Shown: in pieces, positions 40,055 through 55,800 of the stretch
Numbering within the stretch: position 1 is the first letter of the stretch
Layout of the letters: every line of letters starts with the position of its first letter
From: Eledone cirrhosa
Taxonomy: Eukaryota
Length of the DNA: 64,000 nucleotides
Direction of reading: 5' to 3'
NCBI GenBank assembly: GCA_964016885.1
Contig: OZ024747.1
Span: 86,862,001-86,926,000 of the forward strand
The notes under the pieces: generated by a model
The model's input: the letters and a program-made list of their open reading frames with translations, nothing else
What the model was told of the DNA's origin: nothing
The model's database searches: none
Program-made: the position numbers and the translations under genes

Positions 40055-40708
40055 TATATATATATATATATATATACATATATATAAATATATAAATCTA
40101 GCTTAACGAAATTAATCGTGTATAATCTGTAGAACTCCGGCCACTATCTACACACTCGATGGTTTTACAAAAGCCGTATGCTGTTAATGCGATATTTCCA
40201 AATTCTACTACAAATACAATATTTCCAAATATTACTTAACCGGATTAATGCAATATTTCATTAGAGCGAGTTCAGTCTTTATTTATCTGAGGGACTTGTT
40301 GAGTCGAACTGGCACATCATATATATGTGTGTATATATATATATTATAACTGAATATAAAAGAAATATATACGCACACTATTCAGTTTTTTAATATACTT
40401 AGAAGTGACCAGGATACTAATACTTCTTCACCCACTGATGTGGGTAATTGGTAGTTACCACAATTCCGGTTTGTATTTACTTTCTTGATTTATTCTTAAA
40501 TTGAGTCTGGCAAACCCTATTGTCTATAGTTAGTATTCTTTTCACCTTAGCGAATCTGGTCCCTTACGATTTTAACACACATATCTATATATCTGTGATT
40601 GGTTTTCTTTTATATTTAGTTATAATATACGGCTCGGAAAAATCTCTTTACTAGAGCTATTTTATTGTAAGGGACTATTCTGAGTTTCTAACTAAAATAT
40701 ATACCTTT

Positions 40709-40729
40709 GATATATATATATGTGTGTGT

Positions 40730-40812
<83 letters not shown>

Positions 40813-40814
40813 TG

Positions 40815-40850
<36 letters not shown>

Positions 40851-40905
40851 TGTGTGTGTTTGTGTGTTTTGCTTTATATATATATATATACATGTGTGTG
40901 TGAGT
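40709..40905. repeat. (TA)n/(TG)n microsatellite
   Basis: Direct reading. Confidence 0.95.
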
Positions 40906-41532
40906 GTGTTTCTTCCCGTTGTATTGTAATGCCTACGCTATTTTTATTTAGAAACTAAATATAAATGGCGTTGGCATTACAATTATATATGGTGTTGGCG
41001 GATGCAAGAAGGATTACACAATATCGAAATACAGTTTAATAATATTCTATATTGTGTTTAAGTGATGTGTCTGTTACTCCAGTGTTTCACATGTGAACTC
41101 ACGAGAACGTCAGACGAGACTGGATGTTCAGTGAAAGAAATATTTTTCACAAATTCTCAATATGTAAATAACTTTATAAATATTTATAAAAGTTATCAAA
41201 AAAGAATAAAGCTATATATTCAGACATGTATTGTACAAGCAGGATGTGTAAATATGAAAATACACTCTTGAGAGGTGCAATGTGTTCGAACATGGAAGAA
41301 CCGAACTCTCACCGTCATCGCCCCCCTCTCTCTCGCCCTCCCCATCTCTCTATATGGTGAGCAAATGGGGTTCCACGTGCTGGCCTCCCCACAGCCCCGG
41401 TATACAGAATGGAGAAGGCGTTTCCCAGGAGGAAGTTTGAACATTAATAGAGAGAATATGATGGAGAAAACAAACAAAAAAATGATGATAGAGAGAAAAT
41501 CAAAGTTTGAGCTGAGAACAAATGAAATGAAA

Positions 41533-41722
41533 TAATTGTTTCTAGTTTTGTCACAAGGCCAGCAATTATCCCAGTGTATTACTGGTACTTTATTTAACGA
41601 CCCCGTAAGGCTGAAAGGCAAAGTTAACCTCGGCGGGATTTGAACTCAGTCCATAAAGGGCCGTAACTCTTTGCTGCAAAGCATGGCGTCCGACCCTCTA
41701 CCGATACTGCCAATCCAACGCT
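41533..41722 (-). mobile_element. Full-length main-family SINE
   Basis: TSD AATGAAATGAAATAAT at 41521-41536 and 41731-41746. Confidence 0.93.
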
Positions 41723-42034
41723 TGCAATCCAATGAAATGAAATAATAGAAAGAAAGCCTAAGAGATGCGATGAAAATGCGAAGTGTGAGGTGAAGAAGTA
41801 AATGAAACAGAAAAGGGAAGGAAAGAAGAAAGAAAAAGAGTAGAAATGAGGGTAATGAAGGGAGGTGGAGATGCGGAGAGAACGGTGGGAGTAGATGGAG
41901 TGAAAATACCTGAATAATATGTTGAGAGGGATTGGTGATGAATGGCAAATGAATACTAAATAAATACCAAATAGATACCAAATAGAGGCATGAATAGATC
42001 TGCTAAGGATGATTCTAGGGAATTGAAGGTGGTT

Positions 42035-42415
42035 TTGATGATGGTATATAAGATGATGGTGATGGTATATGAGATGATGATGGTGGTATACGAGCTGATG
42101 ATGATCATGATGATGACGGTGGTATATGAGATGATGATGATGGTATATAAGATGATGATGATGGTATATGAGATGATGATGATGATGATGATGATGGTAT
42201 ATGAGGTGATGATGATGATGATGGTATATGAGATGATGATGATGGTATATGAGATGATGGTAATGGTATATAAGATGATGATGATGGTATATAAGATGAT
42301 GATGATGGTATATGAGATGATGATGATGATGATGATGATGGTATATGCGGTGATGATGATGATGATGGTATATGAGATGATGATGGTATATAAGATGATG
42401 ATGATGTTGATGATT
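42035..42415. repeat. Minisatellite (ATG)n-GTATATRAG, basic unit ~21 bp
   Basis: Repeated ATGATGATGATGGTATATGAG with variable ATG count. Confidence 0.92.
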
Positions 42416-42701
42416 ATAAATAAAGAACACAAATACTCAATATATAAATATTTAACCACACCCTACACCTTAATAAAACATGTTTGGTATAGTGGCTGAT
42501 CTTATTTATTTTTTATCTGTAAATTCGTGTATTTGTCTGTATGAGTCTGTGTGCATGTACGTATATGTGTGTGTGCGGGCGCATGTGTGTGTATGTGAGT
42601 GTGTGTGCGTATGTGTGTGTTTGTGCGTATATGTACAAATGAGTAACTGCTGCACTGTCAGTCAAACAATTGCCCACAATTAGCATTAATTAATCGGAGG
42701 G

Positions 42702-42920
42702 AGGGCAGTGGATTGGCAGTTTCGGTTGGGCGTCAGACACCATGTATTGCGGCATAAAATTATGGCCTTTTACGTTCTGAGTTCAAATCCCGCCGAGGTT
42801 AGCTTTGCCTTTCATCCTTCCGAGGTCGATAAAATATAGTACCAGTAATGCACTGAGGTCAATTAAATTGACTTTCCACTCCCCCAAAATTGCTGACTTT
42901 GTGGCTAAGTCAGAAACCAT
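42702..42920 (+). mobile_element. Full-length SINE, longer subfamily
   Basis: Extra segment GGTCAATTAAATTGACTTTCCACTCCCCCAA; TSD CATTAATTAATCGGAGG at 42684-42700 and 42918-42934. Confidence 0.93.
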
Positions 42921-43481
42921 TAATTAATCGGAGGCTATGATAGAAAATACTAAACGTAGATGCATTGGGATTGAACCAGTAACGAAGGTTTTAAATGTAA
43001 ATTGAACTCTTTAAATTACACATTGTTTGCGTGTAAATAATTTCCTGGGAGATTTTCACCCAGGACAATTCATTATTGCTTTGAGGAAAATATGAATTAT
43101 ACATTCATATATTTTTTTAAAACATATTTAGTCTTGTTAAAGAGAATCATTTATAATCCTAAAAATGACAGCCGAGACACGCTAGCAAGAAAATTATCAG
43201 TTTAGATGTTTTGATATCTTTCGGCTATCACAAAATCCTTCACACCTGTTGTTAAATTTTGTGAAGAACTACTAATCATTAAAAGTATAAATTACTATCA
43301 TTGTTTGAAATCTAGGGAGTAGTTAACATAAAAAGACTGAAGAATAGTTTTATGTTGGTTTGTCATTCATTTGATAACAGGGAGAACATGTGGTACAAAG
43401 AATAATATAAGAAGTAACGATGTGGAGTAAAGTTTGTTTGTAGATTTACGACGCGCAAAGATAAGCCTATGTACATTATAT

Positions 43482-43648
43482 GTAGAAGGTCGGACGCCAT
43501 GCTTTCCAGCATAGTTACGTCCCTTTACGATCTGAGTTCAAATCCCGCCGAGGTTGACTTTGCCTTTCATCCTTACGGGGTCGATAAAATAAAGTACCAG
43601 TAATGCACTGGGTAATTGCTGGCCTTGTGCCTAAAGTAGAAACAATTA
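43482..43648 (+). mobile_element. Main-family SINE
   Basis: Nearly identical to 2830-2996; ATTATATGTA on both flanks. Confidence 0.92.
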
Positions 43649-43700
43649 TATGTACATACATATTATATATGTATATGTGTGTGTGTGTGTGTGTGTGTGC

Positions 43701-43739
<39 letters not shown>

Positions 43740-43810
43740 CGTATGTATGTATATATATATATATATATATATATACACTCATTCACACACACACATAAAT
43801 ATAAATATAA

Positions 43811-43897
<87 letters not shown>

Positions 43898-44170
43898 CTG
43901 TCTTGAAAGTGCATCAGTAAGCAAGATGTGCGTCGGCAGGTACCTTCGATTATATCGTATTGAATTTAGTTCACATAGTTCAAATATATCTGGGTCTTTG
44001 CAGGTCCTTATACATGCATATGCATGTATGTATCTATATATGTATGAGTATATGTATGTAGACAAGAATTTCATTTGGGCCTTTCCTATTCCTCCTTTTC
44101 TTTCACTAGACCCACACCGTTTTACTGAGCAACTTCCCTCGTGTTCATTCCGGCGTTATTTCTCTCTGTA

Positions 44171-44236
44171 ATAAAATAAAGTACCAGTAATGCACTGAGT
44201 AATTGCTGGCCTTGTGCCTAAAGTAGAAACAGTTAT
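44171..44236 (+). mobile_element. Severely 5'-truncated SINE
   Basis: TSD GTTATTTCTCTCTGTAAT at 44155-44172 and 44232-44249. Confidence 0.9.
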
Positions 44237-44649
44237 TTCTCTCTGTAATTTATCTTTCTAATCTTCTGTGTCACAGCGAAACACCCGATATATATATATG
44301 TACCTTTAGCGATTTTATTTTTCCTTTTGCTATAATGTATAATATTTACTTTCGTCCGTTGTATTTACATTCGAAAGAATATTTGGTCAATATTTACATA
44401 ATCCAATGCATGTTTTTTTTCTTATTTTCCACCTTGCTTTTGTTTCCATCAGCCGATTTGTTTGATATTGATAGATAGAAACTAAATCTGTATACGCTAC
44501 CGACGCCATTTAGGTCCGTTACCCCTTTAACCATCAAAATTGTGTTGTTAGGTAAATTATAGTGCGCAGCTGAAATGATGAACATTTTTTTTTTAATCGC
44601 TTTGTCTCCGCGTGTTTCTGTGACTTAAATGTATGTTTATACTCAGAGT

Positions 44650-44815
<166 letters not shown>

Positions 44816-45065
44816 GGAAAAGAGTCAGGACCCCGACGGCTGAGCTCCGGCCATTTCGACAGCTAGGTCTGAACTAACGCGGTATTGGGAGAACAGCAGT
44901 AGCCTGGCTAAACTTACAATACCGCGTTAGTTCAGACCTAGCTGTCGAAATGGCCGGAGCTCAGCCGTCGGGGTCCTGACTCTTTTCCTATTACCCACTC
45001 TACTACCCAGTATCGAGTACTCTGGTGCGTTATTGTCCACCTTGTTCCTTACCATGCTTCCTTCG

Positions 45066-45067
<2 letters not shown>
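44816..45067 (+). mobile_element. Family X copy with a 70-bp fold-back arm (44816-44887 / 44915-44988)
   Basis: Perfect inverted arms; sense strand has GAAA-TGGC..GCCG-TC-GGGG; ends CTTCCTTCGT(TA)n. Confidence 0.88.
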
Positions 45068-45114
<47 letters not shown>

Positions 45115-45203
45115 GGAAAAATTTGAACAGGGACAAAACAGAGAGGCAGTACAACGAATGTTTATTAATTTCACGCTCTGGAGAGTTGGGTGTTGGTGGG
45201 GGA

Positions 45204-45233
45204 CGACGTTTCGGGCATAAGCCCTTCCTCAGG
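45204..45233 (-). ncRNA. Minimal hammerhead motif
   Basis: Minus strand CTGAGGA-AGGGC TTAT GCCC-GAAA-CG-TC; stem I poorly preserved. Confidence 0.6.
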
Positions 45234-45385
45234 TATTATAAAGAAAACGAAAAGTCAGTGATAATATCTACACTCTACTCTGATGAATATCGAGTGCTAA
45301 TTTTGGTATACCGCCTACGGCAGCACCATAGCTACCACTATACACAAATATATATATATATGTGTGTGTATTTATACATACATAT

Positions 45386-45419
<34 letters not shown>

Positions 45420-46044
45420 GTGTATACATATATATATAAAGAGAGGGAGAAAGAGAGAGAGAGAGAGGGGGGAGAGAGTGAGAGAAAGAGGACATATGTA
45501 CGTATATACTGAATCTTACGGTTATGCATGCGCAATGATAAAATAAAAGAAACCCATGTCCTTTTCGTGTGTCTCTCTTGCATGATCGAAAATTAACATA
45601 CATTTGCAATGTGTGTCTGTATGGGGGGTGGGTTGTGAGAGACCCCAGACTCGCGTGAGTGTTTATGATTGTAATTCGATTGTGTGAAGTATATGTTAAC
45701 GAGTATCTGTTTCAATAAATTTGTGTGAGTATTTATTTATTTTAACCTCATTAATTTAAATGTCTAGCTGTTTTCATGCAAAGTAATTTCACATTTCCTT
45801 TTCAATAATTTATGCAAGAAGAAACATTATCTTTATTTTATACTAATTCCCATTTAATCATGTTAAATATTTGATAAATTTGACCTTACTGACCTGCGAT
45901 CGATATCGATAACATTTATAATTCGGTTCCATGAACGATGAGTAACATATTATGAGTTATTCCGTTGCCTCAAATTAATCATTTCTCCGCTTGAATCAAC
46001 TGAAAACGGGAAAAACTCATTGCTCTAATTATAGAGGATTTCTT

Positions 46045-46800
46045 TGTTCAGTCTCCCTGGTAAGGTCTGTCTAAGTGTCTGGCAAAGAAATGTAGGGAAA
46101 TTGTCGAGTTCAATTTAGTTGATGAACAATGTGGTTTTCGCCCCAGTTGCAGCACAACCGACCAAATATACACACTGCAGCAGGTCTTTGAGAAATCGTG
46201 GGAGTACTGCCAAAAGGTGTATGATTTGCTTCGTAGACCTCGAAAAAGCATACGACCGCGTTCCACGGGACCTGCTATGGAAGGTACTGCTGGAGTATAG
46301 GATGAACGGACACCCTCATGTTTGCCCGGATGTTTCTATACGAATGCTCTAATATTTGTTTTCGAATAAATAGTGCTAAATCGAAACCATTCAAAATGGG
46401 AGGTGGACTCCACCAAGGGTGCATATTGTCACCCCCTCATGTTCATAATCTTGATGAGTAGGACTGCCATTCGCAACCGGATTGGGAGTGGTATCATGAC
46501 TGGCGGGAGGTGGATTAGTAGGCAGGAATTTTCAGATGCTATAGTCCTACTTAACTCGTCAGATGAACATCTCCGACATGCCCTTGATAGGTTTGCTGCC
46601 GAATGCTGCACGGCTGGATGAAAATCAGTGCTGCAAAAACTGAGATACTTGTCCTCTCAAAGAAGCCTGCACAGTGCACTATACATGTGAGTGGAGTTCC
46701 ACTAAAGCAAGTGGAAAAGTTCAAGTATCTCGGAAATGTGTTCACAAGTGATGGAAGCCAGGAGGCTGATTAAAGAAGCAATACAGTAATGCATCAGCTT
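46045..46800 (+). mobile_element. RTE-clade LINE reverse transcriptase remnant
   Basis: EQCGFRP..STTDQIYTLQQVFEKSWEY; CFVDLEKAYDRVPRDLLWKVLLEY; GLHQGCILSP; FSDAIVLL; QVEKFKYLG; frameshifted. Confidence 0.9.
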
Positions 46801-47683
46801 CAACTTATATATAATACCCCTATGTTTGCATATCGAGGGCTCATTCTTTCGTAATTACGATTCACACTCTGATAACTGTAAATATATGTATACATTGTGT
46901 ATGTGTGTAGTTGTGTACGTGTGTGTGTGTGATCTTGTATCTATGTGACCTAAACTTCAAACTCGGTTACAATTGGTTAACTCGCACTACACTACTATAT
47001 CTACCTCCCACCATCTGTCACAGTAGCCATCTTTCTTGTATGGTAACTAATACCTCGTTCGGCATCTCGCACCAATCACCTCTCTCAGTATTCCTCTCCC
47101 ACAACCCACTCCTCTCTTTCTACTTTTATTTTCCACAGCAATGCGTCTTTCATTTATTTCCTGTGTTTACCTTGTTTTTAAAATCTATTCACCTCTATTT
47201 CCCTTCCACCATCACTACATTAAATTAGTACATAACCATTTTATTCGACGAAGTGAATAATATTCAGTTTATAGTACTATCATATAAAGAGTAAATCAAT
47301 CAATATAACAAATGCAACATATCCTATAAATATAAAACAAACATATTCATTATTATCTAAGACTCAATATCTAAATAAGTGAAGGTCTTTTTGCGTGTTA
47401 TTCAATATGAGTTTGTAAAATATCTGACTTCACGCCCTTTTCATATTAATTTGTCTTTATTGGCCTCAGAATGAATGGCAGTGAGTTTACTTATCAACCG
47501 ACCATATGTTTGTTTGTTTTTTAAAGAAAGAAAAAACTTTGAAATATAGAATCCAGATACATCATATATGAAATCTGTAGAATGAGATAAAAACCTGAGA
47601 ATGACAATAATTGATTACATGTTAGTTCATGAATTTACCAGAAGAATTGATATAAGATTCAATTAGAAAAATGCCTCCTTGAA

Positions 47684-47876
47684 AGGCGGTGTATTGGCAG
47701 AATCAGTAGAGCGTCGGACAACATGCTTTGCAGCATAGAGTTATGGCCTTTCATGTTCTGAGTTAAAATCATCCCAAAGTTAACTTTACCTTTCATCCTT
47801 ACGGGGTCAATAAAATAAAGTACCAGTAATGCACTGGGATAATTGCTGGCCTTGTGTCAATAGTAGAAACAATTAT
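47684..47876 (+). mobile_element. Full-length main-family SINE
   Basis: Match to the consensus. Confidence 0.9.
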
Positions 47877-48069
47877 TATTTTTGATTACAACTGAAATTT
47901 GTATAAGGCGATGAAGTATCATATTCGTGAGAATGTCGGTAATACTTTGAAACATCGGGTCTGTTTCTCTGTGTTTTGAATTTAAATTCAACCGAGATCA
48001 ACTTTATTTTTCATCGGGATCGATAAAGAAAGCTCCAATTCAGGTTGATATTTCTTCTAATCTCTTTCA

Positions 48070-48240
<171 letters not shown>

Positions 48241-48244
48241 CATT

Positions 48245-48431
48245 GTGGATTGGCAGTATCGTTAGAATGTCGGACTCCATGCTTTGCAGCATGGAGTTAT
48301 GGGCCTTTACAATCTGATTTCAAATCCAGCTGAGGTTAATTTTGCCTTTCATCCTTACGAGGTCGATAAAATAAAGTACCAGTAATGCACTGGAATAATT
48401 GGTGGCCTTGTGTCAAAAATAGAAACAATTA
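48245..48431 (+). mobile_element. Main-family SINE
   Basis: Match to the consensus. Confidence 0.9.
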
Positions 48432-48596
48432 TTTCTCTGAAGGAAAACAAATATGTTTCCACCTGGAAATGTTCACACCTGGAAATAGATAGTCTCCACC
48501 AGGTTTAAAATACAACACGGTGCATCTAAGACTATTACGAGTGAAAGGCCTATAGCACAGAGTCTGTGATCCAGTGGAGTTGAAAGTGATTGGTTA

Positions 48597-49481
<885 letters not shown>

Positions 49482-51933
49482 ATAAACATGTGTGTGTGCG
49501 TGTGAGTGTAAGTGTGTATGTATAAGTGTGGATAGATAGATAAATTGATTGATAGATTTTTTTCGTGAAATATTATCTATCACTTTTTTCTGTACATCGT
49601 ACAAAATGTCTAGGAAGAAAATATTGAATAAAACGCATAGAAACACATAGAATCACTTATAGTTACATAGTCAGAAACAATTTTGGTTAAATAATCTCTC
49701 TCAATTCTAATCAAAATTCCTCAACGCAAGCGTTTTTTATCACGATAAAATATAATCAGTTATTTTCATCTGTAAAAAGTTTACCATGCAAAATAAGTTT
49801 ATAATGCAATTAACACATTTTTATATGCAAACATAACAAATAGATGCACACAAAGTTATTTTAATGTACGAATATAATAAACGATATCTGTATTTCATAA
49901 ACGAAAACTAAAAGCTGATGGCTTCTGTTAAGGAACAAAAGATTTGTTTTTAATTAAACTATTGTTACATTTATATTTTATATATTTCAACTATGCTGTA
50001 GCTATGAAAGGGAAGCAATAAGCTGCTTAATTTTTAGCGATTTGTAGCTAAAATAATACTTCAATGGGAATTGTCAGAGTAGCAGCCAATTTTAATAAAA
50101 TAAAAAGCATGTCTTTCAAACCGTTTGCCTTCATCAAACACAACTTATGGTCTCTCAAAAACCTGTCTGGAAGGAATGATACATAGAAAACGAAATCGAT
50201 AGCCAGTTCTTACAATAGTTTCAATGTTAATCATGTGCAGATCTTAATGCAATGACAATGACTAAGAATAAATGAGAGAAATATATTCATGACGTTTCGT
50301 AGTCTGATTGAAATAATACCTATTAACGTTTAACACCAAACTTCATAGGTTAAATACATAAATCTCACCCAGCCTTGGACGCTTTTCAGGCCAGAGCGTA
50401 TCGCAGTTTCATTGGCGTTAAATAATTAAGAGTATAAGACTCTCCGAAACGTAGATCCAACGCCGATTTAAACCATTTTGCTCAAGTACATAACATGCTG
50501 CTCTGTCCAAATATCGAAGCTGTGATATTGCGATTGGGAGCCCAACATACTTAACTACTAAATCTAGCGCATTCATATACACTGAAATGTTATTTATTAA
50601 GTAAATTTCTAAACCATGCGCCAACGACATTTCCATGAATCGATTATGATTTCTTTTTACTACATTATAGGGATATATTCCATTGAATCAATTATTGTAC
50701 ATTACTAATATTAAATGTAGATCAGTACTTCATACAATTGTTTCTAAACTTCTTTAGGGTATCCATGCTTTAAAGCCCAATTTCACTTAATTTATAGACT
50801 TGCTGTTCCTTACCACTAAAGTAAATTTGATCGAATTCTTACCTATAAAGATTTCCGTGACATTCATTCGTAACATTGAATGTATTTCCAATACCCCTCT
50901 ATGTGAAGTAATATTTTTAAAATATAGAATCGAAGCGAAATTGCAATATGAACAATCTACTCCACAGTATTCGTCCACTAACACACACTAAATTAATTCA
51001 CGCAAGTTAACATAGACCGCTATTTAAGTAGGTGAAAGGATACATATGTATCAAAATATAAAAACTTATAAAACTGCAATTTTTCAATCAAAGTGTCAAA
51101 CCGTTTTACAATTTATTATATATATAATGTGCGAGGAATCAACGCAAATATGTTGCTACCTACTTATACTTACTTTAATTTAATAGCTGTTAGTGAAAAT
51201 GATTTATTTTTACAGATTAGACTTTGAACTTTGAGGTGTTTAATCTAAACTAAAATGAAACTCATAAGTTAATAACTGATCTCATGGTGGTTGGAGACTA
51301 AATATAAAGCCGCTGCAAATCTGTATCATTTACGACCATTTACGGAAATCAAAAAATATTTATTTAAGTCAATTTATTTCATCATTTAGAGTAATTCAGT
51401 ACTGTTAAATACAATCCAAAATAATATTGATACATATCTATTATTTTCAAACGCTACCATTTAAAATAATTTTAGATTTATCTTTGGTATACGCTAAAAT
51501 GCTGACAAGTTGTTAAATGCTAAAACATTTTATCATTAACATTTTAAACTACTGATAAAACTTAAACTTTTAAATAAGTAAAAGTGTCAGGAATTGAGCA
51601 ACAAAACACGCACACATACACGCACACACACACACACAACACACACAACACAGACAAACAAACAAAAAATAAAAGCAACAAAACGCACGCTCACAATGAG
51701 CATATCACCACAACGAACATATGTGCATACCATCACAATGAACATATCATCACAAAGTGCATATCATTACAACGAACATATCACTACCAACGATAGATCC
51801 GAACGTTCCGCAACCATCTTGGCATACTATCCTGCACACCACCCGACACACAGGACTTTTTATCTTCCCACGTTATCCATCAACATAAACACCTTTTCTC
51901 TTTTAATTCTACACACACAAACACACACACATA

Positions 51934-52148
<215 letters not shown>

Positions 52149-53529
52149 ATGTTTTGTGTGTAGAGTTTGTCTATGGGTACGAGTTTGTCTGTTTTTAAGT
52201 CTCGTCGCTTACCGCATCAACAAAGTGATCGATAAAATAAGTACCAAACGTGAAATAACAAGTAATGGAGTTGATGTGATCATTAATATAAAAAATGATG
52301 CTCCAGCAAGACCGCAGCCTAATGACTGAAACCAATAAAAGGTGACAGCAGAATACAGTAAATTATCTCAGCCAATGCCAGGAAAAGTATGTAGCCTAAT
52401 TACTTTAAAGTTTCAAACGTCGATTATATAAATACGTGCAGCATCCAAACCATTTTAATTAATTCATCCTGTTAAAAAAAGTGTTTGTTTCCATTAGATA
52501 CATTAATTATTTCTCGTGACATTATACATAATTTTTCTTTTCTAAAATCATTTGATTCAAGTGTTAGAGAAATTGAAGAAATAAATTATACCAATATAAA
52601 AAGAATCATGTTATACCAGAACGGTGAATAGTTGGCTAATAATAGAAAGCAAGCAAATTCTCATTTCTATTTGAATCATCAATCAGTTCTTAATATCGTT
52701 CTAACTACTATAGAATTGATTGTTGTTATATAGAACAGAATTACGATCGTGAATTATTATATAAGCGTATTACACAAAACTACAGGATTTTCCTCATTGT
52801 ATTACGATCTGACTTTATGGTTCAAAGCTTACACAAGTACATAAATATACAATTAACTTACAATATAAAGACCAGGTCCGAACGCAAAAAAAGAAAAATC
52901 CCACTGCCACTGCAATGATATTAAAGTTAGTTTTGAGTAAATTTCGAACACTGATACCAATATGATTTCCATTTTCCCAGGTTGTATCGTCGGCGCAGTT
53001 GATATTATTGGGAATACCTCTATATTGATCTGATCAAGGCTTCGTCCATCTTTTCATGTATCACTGAAGCTGAAATTGAGGGCGAAGAAAGGGGTGCAAC
53101 CATCGAGTAAAGGACAGGCATTTTTCCCTCTGTCTAGGGGCTTTGGTGAAAGTGGCTGTGTTGGATGACAGAGAAAGGGCTTCATCGACTTTTTCCATTT
53201 CCACTTGGATACGAAATTGAGGGTGGAGAGGGACGAGCTGCTAAAGAGTGGATGAATGTAGTATGAATCGTCTGAAGGCATGTGCATATTTTAAGCATGT
53301 GTTTGTAGGCTGGGGAAACAGAAATGAAAGATGCATTTTCCTGTTGTGCGAAATGATCTCAGGTCTGTGAGCTTCCTAAATCATCCCAGGGTTGTGTTCT
53401 CCCCTATAGGGGAATTCTATTATAAATTTGTTGTCATTTCCTTTTTTACGGTGGTTGGGTTCTCTGTTTAAACACTGTATATAAATCCCCACTATTCTTA
53501 TTGTGTCCTATAAATAAAATATTATTATT

Positions 53530-53717
53530 GCGGTGGATTGGCAGTATCGATAGATGGTTGGACGCTATGCTTTCCAGCATAGTTACGTCCCTTTACGTTC
53601 TGAGTTCAAATCCCGCCGAGGTTAACTTTGCCTTTCATCTTTACGGGGTCGATAAAATAAAGTACCAGTAATACACTGGAATAATTGCTGGCCTTGTGCC
53701 AAAAGTAGAAACAATTA
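53530..53717 (+). mobile_element. Full-length main-family SINE
   Basis: Match to the consensus; ATTATTATTG on both flanks. Confidence 0.92.
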
Positions 53718-54253
53718 TTATTATTGTTTGTGGTTTTCGTTTTCCTTCAGAGCGAAGAAAAATAAACACACCAGATTGTTCACGTCACTTTTTACACGGT
53801 TATAATATGCTTCATACATATGCACATTATCTGTTTAAAATCAATCATTTTTACAACAGAATAATATTCAATCATAAGAGTGCCCAATTATTTCCACTTA
53901 CATGATTCTGGAATATAATCTAATAAAGTTAAGTAAAAAAAAAACATTTCATAGATGATTATCTTCCTCACAGCGATAGTGCTCTTCTCAATACGTGTGC
54001 TATGTCAGTTAAACATGTCTTTGTCATATAGATTTGTCATCCATATAAGATCTTTTTTTTTTGTTTTCTATTGTCAATCTTATTGTTCTATTAAGTTCTA
54101 TTGCAAGGGATATTATAGCTATGCAAAATATAAGTGATCAGTTTGGCAACGAAAATGCTGACAGAAATATACATAGTTCCTTACTACAAATACATCAGCT
54201 TCAAATTATATGAATGTTCTTTAGCTAAATCCGTTAAATATGTATATCTTCCA

Positions 54254-54338
<85 letters not shown>

Positions 54339-55712
54339 GGAGTTGTCTTTAACCAAAGGTGAAGAAAGAAAAGCATTAGGTGCTGTTAAACAGAAACATT
54401 TGCAATTGACGGCGTAATTTTCTATGAAAGTAAACTACGCCGAGTTGTAACGCCTGCCCTATTCACCCAACACATGTAATTATGTTTTTGACAGGAATAC
54501 GACACTGTGGAAACCAAATATTCACAGATCCTGAAATACTAATTATACCTTGTCAACCCTAAATAATTCGAACGCTGAGAAATCGGCAATAAATGTACGT
54601 ATTGTACTTCTGACAGACATTATCAAGGCTACCTCAACTGAAACTAAAGAAAGGCTCCCTAATATCTAAGGGTGGTTGAATGTATGATAATGGTGATGGT
54701 GGAAGCTATGATGGGTGAATGATTGAATGGTGGCAGGGTGGTGTTGATCTTAAGTAAATATGTGAAATATATAAGGTATATGAGGTATGAATGTAACTTA
54801 TGAAGATATAAAGAGTGTTGAAATATAAATAGTATGGAATTGTATATGATAATGACAGTGGCTGTGGCGGGCTGGTGTGTGTCAGCCAAATATAATATAT
54901 AAGGTATAAAAAATAAAGGAAGTAAGAAAATGAAAAATGAAAATCAAAATGGAAAAATAAAAAATTGAAATGTTGCATGACAAAATGGAAGAAAAGAGAA
55001 ATTAAAAATTAAAAGATAAAAAATTGTGAATTATAATAATACATGTAAGCCTAATACGAAGTAAAATAAAATATAAGGATTAGAAGAATATAAATATAGT
55101 GAAGGTCATAGATATAATGTGTGACATATGACATATAACACTGAACTGTAATGAAATATATGAAATATCGTTTTGATGCTGGGTTACTAGAAGTTAGTGA
55201 GGCTTTGAGGGTGACAGCCATTGCCAAGATATACAGTTGAGACGGGGTGGGAGAGAGGGTGTCTTCCGACATTTAGAGAATCCGGTACACATCGTTATCT
55301 GGTGAGTAATCCATGGGAGAGTGAGATATTCGTTGTACTGTCCAGTGAGTAGATGTTTGAAGTGACACAAACAGAACGTTTTTGTGTGTAAACAGGACAG
55401 TGTTTATAGCAAATGTAGGACTGTCTGGAAAACGTTTCCTTTTCCGGAGAAACTATAAGGTTGTGTCACTTTGATTTATCAATTCTTTGGATGATTAATT
55501 CATTGCCTGCCTCTGTCCCAATCACTATACGTGGATGAATGTAAAACTGATACCTTGACAGGACAACAAGGTAGGTCAATGTATGATTTCAATGCTAGGA
55601 TAATCCGCTAATTTAGTCTGAAAGGTTATTTACCGAAGTTGTTAAGTGGCTCTAACACCATAAGCGGTATAAACAGTGCAATTCGTTCACTAAGTCCACT
55701 GCCATATTCCTC

Positions 55713-55765
55713 CCATATACTGTACTGATTGTGTTGTTATTTCTGTTTAGCTTTTACATACATAC

Positions 55766-55770
<5 letters not shown>
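55713..55770 (+). mobile_element. 3' end of the same pseudo-LTR as 38612-38790
   Basis: About 55 bp near-identical to 38735-38790. Confidence 0.75.

Positions 55771-55800
<30 letters not shown>

Noticed and set aside
41624-42499. His-rich 268-aa and Met-rich 169-aa ORFs (the latter superficially reflectin-like)
   Set aside because: Produced by an (ATG)n-based minisatellite that is open in several frames; the ORFs run into a SINE; no reflectin M/FD(X)5MD motif
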